Positions 20,416-30,120 of a stretch of DNA of 64,000 nt are shown here, piece by piece; position 1 is the stretch's first letter, and every line of letters starts with the position of its first letter. The DNA is from an uncultured Nitrospiraceae bacterium (GTDB lineage Bacteria; Nitrospirota; Nitrospiria; Nitrospirales; Nitrospiraceae). The stretch is from contig CAWJWJ010000002.1 in the NCBI GenBank assembly GCA_963846575.1, forward strand, positions 2,400,001 to 2,464,000, in the 5' to 3' direction. The translations under genes and the position numbers were made by a program. Below the pieces are notes generated by a model. It worked only from the letters and a program-made list of their open reading frames with translations. It was not told the origin of the DNA and did no database searches.

Positions 20416-21936
20416 CTACCGACGGGAAGGACGACAAATACCGAGCTTGTGCAATTTGCTGCGAAGCGTACTTGGCGCCAGCCCCAATCGCTCCGCCGCA
20501 CCTCCGGACCCTTCGACTCGCCACTCGAGTAACGTCAGCGTCTGAAGGATGTGCCGGCGCTCTTCGTCTTGCAACGTGCGTCGGGGCGTTGAATCGGCAA
20601 CCGGGCGCATATTCATCAGGGCGGGATCGATCCGTAACATCGGCTCATGGCACAGGATCAGTCCCCGCTCAATGATGTTCTCCAATTCCCGCACGTTGCC
20701 AGGCCAGGCATAGCGCACCAGTCGCTCCATCGTCGGCCCATCAAAGTCCTGACACGACCGTTTGAGACGCTGGGCATGAAACCGGAGAAAATGACGGGCG
20801 AGAATCGGGATGTCTTCGGGTCGCTCCCTGAGTGGAGGCATATGGATGGGAAACACATTCAGCCGATAGTACAAATCGCTGCGGAACCGCCCCTGCTCGA
20901 TAGCCGTATGCAAATTGGCGTTGGTCGCGGCGATGACACGGACGTCGACGGGAACGGCCTTCGCCCCGCCGACCCTGTCGACCAGGCCGTCCTGCAGCAC
21001 GCGCAGAAGTTTGACCTGCGCATCAAGCGGCATCTCGCCGATCTCATCGAGAAACAAGGTCCCGCCGTCGGCAAGTTCGAATCGTCCGACACGTTGCTGA
21101 TCGGCTCCGGTAAACGCTCCCCGCTCGTGGCCGAACAGTTCGCTTTCAATCAACCCGGATGGAAGCGCCGCGCAATTGAGCCGGACGAAGGCCCGGTCCC
21201 GCCGCAGGCTCCGCTCATGAATGGCACGGGCCAGCACCTCCTTGCCCGTCCCCGTTTCCCCCGTCACCAGGACGGTCGCCGTGGTCGGAGCCGCCTGCCT
21301 GGCGAGGGTCAGCACTTGCTCGAAGGCCTGGCTCCGTCCTACGACGATCCCATGATCCTGCGTGGCCTTGAGTTCCTCCGCCAGATACACGTTCTCCTGC
21401 GCCAATTGGTCACGCAGGCGGTTGATCTCCTCATAGGCATTGACGTGGGCAATGGCAAAACCGATCTGCGTGGCGACCTGCTGAAGAAAATCCACATCGC
21501 CCGGATCGGGATGACCGGCTTCGATGCTGCCGATATTTAAGGTTCCGAGGCACGCCTCCTGAACCATCATCGGCAAGTTGATCATCCGCCCCAGTCCCTC
21601 TTGCAAGTAACAGTGATCTTCGACGAACAGTTGTTCCTTTTGAAGATGGGGCCGCACATGAACCCGCTGGTGGTCGTACACCCAGCCCACCGCACTGCGC
21701 TCCCGAGGGATCATGGCGTCGCTGCGCAGCACGACTTTCGGCAGATTGGTCTCGACCGCATAGAAACGAAACGCGTCCGATTGCAGATCGTAAACGGTGA
21801 TCCCCGCCCGTTCCCAACGAACCACCTTTGCCAACTGATCGGTGACGGCACGAAACAGGCTGTGCCGGTTGCGCTGGGAATTCAGCACGTTGGTGACTGA
21901 CAGCAGGGTGCGATAATTGAGGTCGACGTTTTGCAC
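20416..21936 (-). CDS. GAF-domain sigma54 enhancer-binding protein (FhlA/NifA-like)
   Basis: N-terminal [35 protein letters not shown]-terminal HTH. Confidence 0.92.
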   Translation of the reverse strand: MQNVDLNYRTLLSVTNVLNSQRNRHSLFRAVTDQLAKVVRWERAGITVYDLQSDAFRFYAVETNLPKVVLRSDAMIPRERSAVGWVYDHQRVHVRPHLQKEQLFVEDHCYLQEGLGRMINLPMMVQEACLGTLNIGSIEAGHPDPGDVDFLQQVATQIGFAIAHVNAYEEINRLRDQLAQENVYLAEELKATQDHGIVVGRSQAFEQVLTLARQAAPTTATVLVTGETGTGKEVLARAIHERSLRRDRAFVRLNCAALPSGLIESELFGHERGAFTGADQQRVGRFELADGGTLFLDEIGEMPLDAQVKLLRVLQDGLVDRVGGAKAVPVDVRVIAATNANLHTAIEQGRFRSDLYYRLNVFPIHMPPLRERPEDIPILARHFLRFHAQRLKRSCQDFDGPTMERLVRYAWPGNVRELENIIERGLILCHEPMLRIDPALMNMRPVADSTPRRTLQDEERRHILQTLTLLEWRVEGSGGAAERLGLAPSTLRSKLHKLGICRPSRR

Positions 21937-22213
21937 GACGAGCTTCTCCCCTCGAGAGATGATCCGCAGAGAGGCGACTCAATGGACCGTACGCGCTGGA
22001 GCAGGACCCCGCCAGGAGAGACAGATGCGAGAACAGCCCTACGGAAAAGCCTCGCTCGTCGCGGTTGCTTGATGCGCTGTTGGCATCATAAGGGGGGACC
22101 GATTCTGGATTCCAGCCGCTTTCCCGATCTTCATCGAAAAATAATCTTCAGCGCCCCGTGCCTCTAAGCCTGAGCTTCGAGAAGCTGAGTCGGCAGCCGG
22201 CCGGCACCGCCGC

Positions 22214-23761
22214 TTAATGCCGGCCGGTGCCCGGTGTGCGGCGACCCTCATCGATTCCCGGACCGGAGCGACGGCGGGAAAAGCTGCGTCCCGCTTCAGG
22301 GCCCAGCGACTCCGACCCGGGGCCGATCGACGGGTTGAGGGGGCGCGTCGTCAATCCCAGGTCAGGACTCCTTCGTGGAACGAACGAACCCGGCATGCGA
22401 TCCTGCCGCTCTCGGGTCCGGTCGACGTGCGGCGAGCTTCGCCTTCCGGAAGGTGGTCCGGCAGCCCCCTTCTTCGGAACGGCCTGCTCCATGTCTTCCT
22501 CGTCTTCAAGAAAGGAATCGATCGGTTCCTCAGCCCCGTTGACCGCCAGGTTCGTCGCCATGACTTCCTTCGCCATGGACTCCGCCATAGGCAACTCATC
22601 GGCATAGACGTCGGTCTCATATTCCGCCGTGGAGGGGGTGGCGAGCGAGGTCCAGACGGATTGCCCGGACTCGGTGATATTGATGCTCGTCACGGTCGAC
22701 AGGCCGGGCCTGATGGGGTGTTCCCGCAGTTCATCGGCCGGTAATGCGATACGCACCGGCACGCGCTCGACGATATGAATGAAGTTGCCCGTGGAATTGT
22801 CCGGGGGAAGAAGGGCAAAGGCGCTCCCACTCCCCGGCACGAGCCCCTCGACGGTGCCATGGAAGGTTTGTTTGGATCCGTACAGGCTCACGTTCACCAA
22901 CGCCGGCTGCCCGGGACGCACATGTTGGAGTTCGGTTTCGCGCAGGTTGGCTTCGACCCACAAATGATCCAGCGGCACGATCGTCATCAGGAGGGCGCCG
23001 GGCTGGACGCGATCTCCCACTTGCGCCTTGCGTTTGGCGACATAGCCGGAAATCGGAGCACGGATTTGTTGCCTCGCATATTCCAGGTGCGCCTCAATCA
23101 GCTGATGTTTGGCCAAATCGACGGCCGGATGTTCCCTGACCGTCGTCCCCCCGATCTGCGCGTCGAGCGAGTCCAACTCCGCCTGCGTCTCCCGCACTTC
23201 CGCTTCCAGACTCGCAATCTTATCCGCCGTGTTCTGCAGAATCTGTTTGGAAATCGCCCCGCTCGGAGACGCCTGCCGGTACCGCTCCATGTCATGATCG
23301 GCCAGCTCCAATCGCGCCGTGCGCGATCGTAACTTTTCCCCCAATTGCTTCCGATTGATAAACAGTGAGGCGATACGACGGACTTCCTCTCCCAATCGCC
23401 CCCTCGCCCGACCCAGGGCGGCATAGGCCTGGTGCTCATCAAGGCGAATCATCAGATCGCCCCGATTCACGAATTGTGTCTCTTCCGCCAGGACCTGCGT
23501 AATGATGCCCGAGGCCTGCGCCGCCACCGGGACAAGGTTGCCGGTGACATAGGCGTTATCGGTCCGTATCCAAAACCGGTCGTGGGTCCACCAGTAGATG
23601 AGATATCCGACAGTGGCCATCAGCACCAGCCCGGCCACCATCAGCAGGCGTCGGTTGCGGCGCGCACGAATGGCCTTCGGATGGATGCGGTAGGAGGTTG
23701 GCGGCGGAGTCCCACCCGGGGACTGAGGACCAGAGGACATATCTGCAGTTGTCGTCGTCAT
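22214..23761 (-). CDS. emrA: EmrA/HlyD-family periplasmic adaptor with a long C-terminal tail
   Basis: TDNAYVTGN, WVEANLRETEL, FALLPPDNSTGNFIHIVERVPVRI. Confidence 0.88.
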   Translation of the reverse strand: MTTTTADMSSGPQSPGGTPPPTSYRIHPKAIRARRNRRLLMVAGLVLMATVGYLIYWWTHDRFWIRTDNAYVTGNLVPVAAQASGIITQVLAEETQFVNRGDLMIRLDEHQAYAALGRARGRLGEEVRRIASLFINRKQLGEKLRSRTARLELADHDMERYRQASPSGAISKQILQNTADKIASLEAEVRETQAELDSLDAQIGGTTVREHPAVDLAKHQLIEAHLEYARQQIRAPISGYVAKRKAQVGDRVQPGALLMTIVPLDHLWVEANLRETELQHVRPGQPALVNVSLYGSKQTFHGTVEGLVPGSGSAFALLPPDNSTGNFIHIVERVPVRIALPADELREHPIRPGLSTVTSINITESGQSVWTSLATPSTAEYETDVYADELPMAESMAKEVMATNLAVNGAEEPIDSFLEDEEDMEQAVPKKGAAGPPSGRRSSPHVDRTRERQDRMPGSFVPRRSPDLGLTTRPLNPSIGPGSESLGPEAGRSFSRRRSGPGIDEGRRTPGTGRH

Positions 23762-23765
23762 TGAT

Positions 23766-25274
23766 TTAGCTCGGATTTTGTTTCGGTCGTTTTTCAATAT
23801 CGGGATTGTGATAACCGCCGCCCAACGATTCGATCAGATCGACGGCCGCCACGAGTTGATCGCTCTCCAATGCTCTCAACGCATATTCCTGCTCCAGGAC
23901 CGGATATCGGTGCCGCAACACCTCGCGGTCATCGTCGAGACCGTTTACGAGTCGTATCTTCGCCAGCCGCCAGTCATCCCCGAGAGACGCCACCAGCCGT
24001 TTGTGCGAGGCCATGATCTCGCTGGTCGTTTGCCAGGCGCTCAAGCTATCGGCAACTTCCCGCATAGCGTCCAACAAGGTCTCGTTGTATAGTTCCACCG
24101 CCGCATCATATTCCGCCCGTTGCGCGCCCAGTTCCCCCCGCAGCCGTCCGCCCTCGAACCAAGGCATCCGTAAACCGGGCGCCAGTCCATAGCTGAAGCT
24201 TTGGCCGCTGAAGAGAAAATTGGCGAGCTTGTCGGTGCCCTTCGCCAGCGTCAACGCATTGAATCCCACAAACCCCGTCAGGTCGATCGTGGGATAGAAC
24301 TGAGTGGTCGCCACCCTGACCATTCGCGAGGCGGCGTGAGCCCGATAGAGGGCCGCCGCCAGGTCCGGCCGATGGACCAGCAGGCTCATCGACAAATGAT
24401 CCGGTGCCGCAATGTGACTGGGCACTATCACCTTCGGCCTGGCAAACAGATGCGCCGCTTCGTCAGGCCCCCTGCCGGCCAACCGCGCCAGCAAATGCCG
24501 CTGCACATCCAGCTGATCGCGGATTGCCGCCTGCCGCTTGAACGCCGCTTCATAGTCGGCCACCGCCATTTTCACCGGTTGATCATTGTCCAGGCCGAGC
24601 CGGAATCGGGTTTCCGCCAGGGTTTTGAGATCACGACGAATACCGACAATGGTTTTCACAATGGTGAGTTGCTGCTGAAGAGCCTGTCCCCGGAAGTAGG
24701 CGCGCGCAATGCCGGTCGTCAACCGTAACCGCACTTCGGCAGTTTCCGCCTCCTCTGCCGCCGCATGCCCCAGGGATGCCTCCAGCATCGCCCGGTTCTT
24801 TCCCCAAAAATCGAACTCATACCGGAAGCTCAACGGGTTGATGATCCCATACATGATCCGGATGCCCGCCACTTCCGGATTGAGGGCGGCAAACACGCCG
24901 CGTTGCGAGATGCGCTCATAGGTCAATGAGGCATCGGCTTCCAGAAACGGCAGGAGCCGCGCGCCTTCTACCTTCACGAGCGATTGCGCCTGCCGCAGCC
25001 TGGCGGAGGCCATCTTCAACCCGGGGTTGTCCTTGAGCGCCTGGTCGATCAGTCCATTCAATTCCGGATTACCGAACTGTTCCCACCACCGGTCCTCCGG
25101 CCACTTCTGGAGCCGGCTCGTCACTTCCGCTAACGTTTCCGTCATCTCCGGCGGTTCGAGATACTGCGCGGGTGGATCACCCTTCGGAATCCAGGCACAG
25201 CTGGCGAAGCTGAGCGCGCAGCCGATACCGACACAGAGTTGCAACCGGTGCGCGGCCGTTGAACGCGAACTCAT
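23766..25274 (-). CDS. NodT/TolC-family outer membrane efflux lipoprotein
   Basis: Lipobox-like FASC, WWEQFGNPELNGLI, RPDL, SLGGG. Confidence 0.9.
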   Translation of the reverse strand: MSSRSTAAHRLQLCVGIGCALSFASCAWIPKGDPPAQYLEPPEMTETLAEVTSRLQKWPEDRWWEQFGNPELNGLIDQALKDNPGLKMASARLRQAQSLVKVEGARLLPFLEADASLTYERISQRGVFAALNPEVAGIRIMYGIINPLSFRYEFDFWGKNRAMLEASLGHAAAEEAETAEVRLRLTTGIARAYFRGQALQQQLTIVKTIVGIRRDLKTLAETRFRLGLDNDQPVKMAVADYEAAFKRQAAIRDQLDVQRHLLARLAGRGPDEAAHLFARPKVIVPSHIAAPDHLSMSLLVHRPDLAAALYRAHAASRMVRVATTQFYPTIDLTGFVGFNALTLAKGTDKLANFLFSGQSFSYGLAPGLRMPWFEGGRLRGELGAQRAEYDAAVELYNETLLDAMREVADSLSAWQTTSEIMASHKRLVASLGDDWRLAKIRLVNGLDDDREVLRHRYPVLEQEYALRALESDQLVAAVDLIESLGGGYHNPDIEKRPKQNPS

Positions 25275-26869
25275 GGCACCTCCTCAATTAATTCTTCGGC
25301 ACGCCGGCGCCGCAAATCCTCGGCCTGGGTCGGCGCCAAGCGCAAGTGCGTCGGGTGAGCGAACCACACGAGAATTCCCAGTGCCACAAACATGAAGCTG
25401 GCCACAAGAAACGCATCGTTGAGGCCCAGGATTGCCGCTTCCTGCCTGATCAGGAGTGCGAGTTTGCCCTGGACTTCCGCCGGCGACAGCCCCGCAGCGC
25501 CCAATTTTGCCGACAATTGCGCCATCGGATCGAAGGATATCGACTGCCGTCCCCCGAAATGATCGGCTAAATGAAGTTGATGGAAGTGGGTGCGGCGAAA
25601 CAGGACGATCCCCTGGAACGTGATCCCGAACGCGCCGGCGGCCACGCGTAACAGGTTGGCGACCTCCGCCGCCCGCATGACCAACGGACCGGACAGGCCA
25701 TGCAAGGTCAACACGGTCACCGGCGTAAAGAAGGATCCCAGGAACACCCCCTCCACCACCATCGGCCAGAACAGTTGCTCATAGGACTGAGGATCGTCGT
25801 ACAGACCCAACCAATAGAAAGTCCAGGCAAATCCCAGACTGTTCAAACAGATCAACCAGCGGGCATCGATATATTTGCAGAGCGAATGCATGACTGCGAT
25901 GGCCGGTGCGCCCAGCAAGACCAGGGGGAGCAACGCCATCCCCGCCAGTTTCGATGAGTAGCCCAGAATGAGTTGAATCTGCACGATCAAGAGTGACAAC
26001 AGCCCTTGGATCGAAAAAAATCCGAGGGTCAGGCTGATCAGGCCGATCACAAAATTGCGATGCATGAAGAGTCGCAAGTCGAGTGTCGGATGGCGCTCTC
26101 CCAGTTCCCAAATAACGAAACAGGGAAAGGCAATCACCAGGACCACTGCAATGACCTGAAGCAAGGGGGAGTCCAGCCAGTCGAAATCGTTGCCCATGTT
26201 GAGCAACGTTTGAAGGCCCAGGAGCAAACCAGCCAGCAGCACAAACCCGACCAGATCAAAACGGGCGTACCGGCGGTGAAAGCCCCGGCCGTACAACAGG
26301 GCCCCGAGCGTCCCGACAATCACGAGGGTCAGCACAAAATCCAGGTAGAAGAGAAACCTCCATCCCAGCACATAGGCGATGTACCCCCCCACCGGCATGC
26401 CGATGGTGAAGGGGGTAATGCTGAACAATCCCCAGACCGTCAGCGCGACCGCCTTCAACCGTTTCGGGTATTCGTTGAGTAACATCGATTGGGCCAGCGG
26501 CAGGGTAATGCCCCCGGCAATGCCCTGCACGATCCGCGCTGGCACGAACTGGGCGAGCGTCTGACTGTCGCCGCAGAGAAAGGAGGCCACGCTGTAGACC
26601 CCGAACGCCGCGATCAAGAGACGGTAGTCGCCGATCCGGCCCGACAAGTATCGCGCGAGGGGAAAACCCAGGGCCAACCCGACCATAAAGTCGGTTTGCG
26701 CCCAGGTGAGAAAACTCGGCAGCACGCCGCCCAGATCTCCCGACACGTGTGGCAGCAGCGCGATATAGGACCCGGCGTTGAACAGCACGACGATGTGCGC
26801 CAAGCCGAGTACGGCATTGAAGAGCACGAATCGCCAGCCATGTAATCGCCGGAAATACACAGTCGCCAT
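25271..26869 (-). CDS. emrB: DHA2/EmrB-type MFS efflux permease
   Basis: Multi-TM protein; ARIVQGIAGG, WRFLF, DLRLF; located next to emrA and tolC-type genes. Confidence 0.85.
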   Translation of the reverse strand: MATVYFRRLHGWRFVLFNAVLGLAHIVVLFNAGSYIALLPHVSGDLGGVLPSFLTWAQTDFMVGLALGFPLARYLSGRIGDYRLLIAAFGVYSVASFLCGDSQTLAQFVPARIVQGIAGGITLPLAQSMLLNEYPKRLKAVALTVWGLFSITPFTIGMPVGGYIAYVLGWRFLFYLDFVLTLVIVGTLGALLYGRGFHRRYARFDLVGFVLLAGLLLGLQTLLNMGNDFDWLDSPLLQVIAVVLVIAFPCFVIWELGERHPTLDLRLFMHRNFVIGLISLTLGFFSIQGLLSLLIVQIQLILGYSSKLAGMALLPLVLLGAPAIAVMHSLCKYIDARWLICLNSLGFAWTFYWLGLYDDPQSYEQLFWPMVVEGVFLGSFFTPVTVLTLHGLSGPLVMRAAEVANLLRVAAGAFGITFQGIVLFRRTHFHQLHLADHFGGRQSISFDPMAQLSAKLGAAGLSPAEVQGKLALLIRQEAAILGLNDAFLVASFMFVALGILVWFAHPTHLRLAPTQAEDLRRRRAEELIEEVP

Positions 26870-26885
26870 GCTTCAGCTCCACCAC

Positions 26886-27767
26886 TCAATACGACGGAGA
26901 GTAGCCCGGGTGGTCGGCCCGGGACTGCCCCGGTTCAGCTTGGACTGCCGCCTGGGCGGATGGCCCCGAGGACGCCGTGGCGCCGCTATGGGCGGCGTAA
27001 ATCGCCAATCCCGTAAACACCATACCCCCGACCAGATTTCCCGCCGTCACGGGAATCTGGTTCCACAGCCACCAGGTCGAGACGCTCACATTCGCCCCCA
27101 GGATCATCCCGACGGGAATGAGAAACATGTTTACGACCGCATGTTCGAAGCCCTGAGAAAAGAACAACAGGGTCGGACCCCAGATGGCGAGAATCTTTCC
27201 GGAAAAGGACGTGGACATAAAGGCTGCCACGACCGCCAGGCTGACCATCCAGTTACACAGCATGCCCTTGGTGAAGGCGGCCAGAAGCCCGGACGTGCCG
27301 TGGGAGGCATAGTAGTTGGTTTTTGCTTCGGCGATCGTGATGAGTTTGGTACCGACGGCATTGAGCTGGGCGTCTCCCGCAGTCGTCAGGGCAATCGCAA
27401 ACAACCCCGCGTAGAGCGTGCTGCCCAACAGATTGCCCAGGAACACCCAGCCCCAGTTTGAGAAGACGTGGCGAAGACCGGCGTTCTTGTGGCCGGCGAC
27501 GGCCGCGCAGGGCAGGAGTGCAAAGCTGCCGGTGATGATCTCCGCCCCGAGCAGAATAGCCAGTGCCAGGCCGAACGGAAAGAGGAGACTCCCGAGGATC
27601 CAGTACCCCGTTTCAACTGCCACCGTCACGGCCATGCTCGTCCCGATGCCCAGATAGGCGCCGGCCAGCATACCGCGCAGGAGCAGTTGTCGAGGCGGCA
27701 ACCTCAGTTTCAACGCTCCGCTGGCCAGCATACTATCCACTACACCGTGTGGCTTCACATAGTCCAT
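26886..27767 (-). CDS. Formate/nitrite transporter (FNT) family channel
   Basis: GNLLG, KGMLCNWMV, GFEHAVVNMF, GNLVGG. Confidence 0.92.
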   Translation of the reverse strand: MDYVKPHGVVDSMLASGALKLRLPPRQLLLRGMLAGAYLGIGTSMAVTVAVETGYWILGSLLFPFGLALAILLGAEIITGSFALLPCAAVAGHKNAGLRHVFSNWGWVFLGNLLGSTLYAGLFAIALTTAGDAQLNAVGTKLITIAEAKTNYYASHGTSGLLAAFTKGMLCNWMVSLAVVAAFMSTSFSGKILAIWGPTLLFFSQGFEHAVVNMFLIPVGMILGANVSVSTWWLWNQIPVTAGNLVGGMVFTGLAIYAAHSGATASSGPSAQAAVQAEPGQSRADHPGYSPSY

Positions 27768-27848
27768 CGCATCCTCCCTGTGAACCGTTCAAGGCACACT
27801 CTGCGATCCGACAGTGCTGCCGGATAACACTCCCGCTACCCAGGCCCT

Positions 27849-27864
27849 AGCAATCCACATGCCT
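27849..27864 (-). promoter_or_regulatory. Sigma54 promoter of the FNT-emr operon
   Basis: AGGCATGTGGATTGCT (GG-N10-GC, TTGCT). Confidence 0.75.
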
Positions 27865-27973
27865 CCGGTCATTCACAGTTCGGTCCGCGTCGAGTTTTGT
27901 CGTGGCGCTGCCATCGAGTGTCCCAGAGCGACCATACTAATCAAGCTAGGGTTTCTTCCAGGGGGGAAATAGG

Positions 27974-28001
27974 GCGGGATCGCACTCGCGCACGGTGCGA
28001 A
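27974..28001. promoter_or_regulatory. Candidate upstream activator site
   Basis: GCGGGATCGCACTCGCGCACGGTGCGAA, similar to 14087-14115. Confidence 0.55.
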
Positions 28002-28164
28002 ATCGCTCGAAAACAGAATACACCTGGAGGATAAGCGGGATACGCATGCGTTGGGATCCCCTCCGGGAGGTCCGACTCAGCCCGGCTCCAGCACTCGCCT
28101 CTGTCAACCAGGTTGCACAACGACGGCGCCGAAGACTACGATACTCTCGGAGACTAAAGGCCCC

Positions 28165-30120
28165 GTGAGCGACCTCCTAAGCAATTTACCCATCGCGCGT
28201 AAGCTGTTTCTTGCGTCGGTTATTCCTGCCCTGACAGTCCTTATCCTCAGTATATTGACCTACCGAAGCGTCGAGACATTTTCCGACGACGAAGGGCAAT
28301 TGAACGACATCTATTATTCCCAGCGGCTGGCCTCCGAATACCTCCGGCTTATCGTGGATCTCGAAACCGGATTCAGAGGCTTCGTATTGACGAACCAGGA
28401 ACACTATCTGTTTCCCTATCGAACCGCCCAAGATCACGTCTTGAACCTGGGCCGGACGCTGGAAGCGAAAGTCTATCAATATGATGACCAGCGGGCGCTG
28501 ATTGACTCCATCCAGAAATTGGTCAGACAGTTTATCGAGGAAAAGGAACAGCTGATCGAGGCGGTGAAAGCCGACCACACGAACGAGGCGCGACTCTATA
28601 TCGAGGAAGGCAAGGGGCGGGCGTTAATGCTGAAAATCCGCCAGGAGATGGGCCAGTTCGAGCATCTGGCGCAAGCCGCCCTGAACAACCGGCTGGTGAA
28701 ACTCGCTCAGGACCGCGACACCATGCTGATGACCATCTTGGGGGGCGGCCTCTTCGCGTTGATCTGTATGGTGGGAGTGCTGCACCTCATTGCCCACTCC
28801 ATCACCACGCCAATCGAACGGTTGGCCAAAGCCGTCGTCGCATCCGATAGTAATCCGGTTCCTCAAGTCCCCATTCTACCGGGCACGGATGAGATCGGAA
28901 ATCTCTCCCGGGTGATGCACGCCATGAGTTCGGCCATTCATTCCCACATTGCGACGGTCGAAGAATCGGAAGCGAACTTACGGCAATTGAACCAGGACCT
29001 GGCGGCATCGGAAGGTAAATATCGCAGTATCGTCGATCATGCGCCCTTCGGCATTTTTACCACGCGCGGCATGACCCTCGTCTTCAGCAACCGGTACAAC
29101 AGCACGCTCGCGGGACTCGACCCCAGGGAAGAGAAGAATCCGGACGCCGTCCGGCACGCCATTCACCCGGATGACCGGGAACGGGTCATCATGGAATTTT
29201 CCGAGGCAGTGGCCGAAGGGCGGCCGTACGAAACCGTCTTCCGGTTTCTCCATGCGGACGGGACCGTCCGTAAAGTCCTGAGCCGCCGCATCCCGATTCG
29301 AGACCAGGCCGGGCAAGTGGTGATGTATCAAGGATTCAATGTGGATATCACCGCGCTCGACCTGATGCAAACGCGCCTGCGCCGGGCGGAACGCCTCGCC
29401 ACCCTGGGACAGGTCGCCGCGGGCATCGCGCATGAAATCAGAAATCCGCTCGTCGGCATCGGCTCGACCACGTCGCTGCTGCTGGACGACATCGACCCCG
29501 GTGACGGGCGCCGCGCCGATCTGGAGGTCATTCTTCAGGAGACCAAACGTCTGGACCGTATCGTGAATCAAATCATCGACTATGCCCGTCCTCGTGAAAT
29601 CGTGGCGCTCGGTTTCGACATGGTACAGCTTGTGCACGAGGTTACGAAGCTCCTGGATGAACCGCTCGTGCGCAAGCAATCGACTATCCGCCTCTCTGCG
29701 CCGGCCGGTGCCTACACCGTTCAAGCAGACCGTGATCAATTGAAACAAGTGCTGCTCAATATTATTCAAAATGCGATCGAAGCCACTCCGCCGGGACATC
29801 CCATTACCGTGTCCCTGGCTCAGCTCGCGCACGGAGTCGAGTCAGGATTGGAGATTGTCGTTACCGACAGAGGCAGCGGAATCAGCCCTGCCCACCTGCC
29901 GCATGTGTTCGAGCCGTTCTTCACCAGCGGCAAACCGAGGGGCACGGGCCTGGGACTGGCGATTTGCAGAAACATTCTCGATGCGCACGGCGGAGACATG
30001 ACCCTGGAAAGCCGGTTAGGCGGCGGCACGACCGTTCGCATCTGGTGCCCGTTACGCCAACAGCCACAGCGAATGCAGGAAGAGGATACCCATGCGGGCC
30101 ACGATTTACGTCACGGATGA
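28165..30120 (+). CDS. CHASE3-HAMP-PAS sensor histidine kinase (NtrB-like)
   Basis: DLETGFRGF, AHEIRNPL H-box, QVLLNIIQNA, GTGLGL. Confidence 0.92.
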   Translation: MSDLLSNLPIARKLFLASVIPALTVLILSILTYRSVETFSDDEGQLNDIYYSQRLASEYLRLIVDLETGFRGFVLTNQEHYLFPYRTAQDHVLNLGRTLEAKVYQYDDQRALIDSIQKLVRQFIEEKEQLIEAVKADHTNEARLYIEEGKGRALMLKIRQEMGQFEHLAQAALNNRLVKLAQDRDTMLMTILGGGLFALICMVGVLHLIAHSITTPIERLAKAVVASDSNPVPQVPILPGTDEIGNLSRVMHAMSSAIHSHIATVEESEANLRQLNQDLAASEGKYRSIVDHAPFGIFTTRGMTLVFSNRYNSTLAGLDPREEKNPDAVRHAIHPDDRERVIMEFSEAVAEGRPYETVFRFLHADGTVRKVLSRRIPIRDQAGQVVMYQGFNVDITALDLMQTRLRRAERLATLGQVAAGIAHEIRNPLVGIGSTTSLLLDDIDPGDGRRADLEVILQETKRLDRIVNQIIDYARPREIVALGFDMVQLVHEVTKLLDEPLVRKQSTIRLSAPAGAYTVQADRDQLKQVLLNIIQNAIEATPPGHPITVSLAQLAHGVESGLEIVVTDRGSGISPAHLPHVFEPFFTSGKPRGTGLGLAICRNILDAHGGDMTLESRLGGGTTVRIWCPLRQQPQRMQEEDTHAGHDLRHG

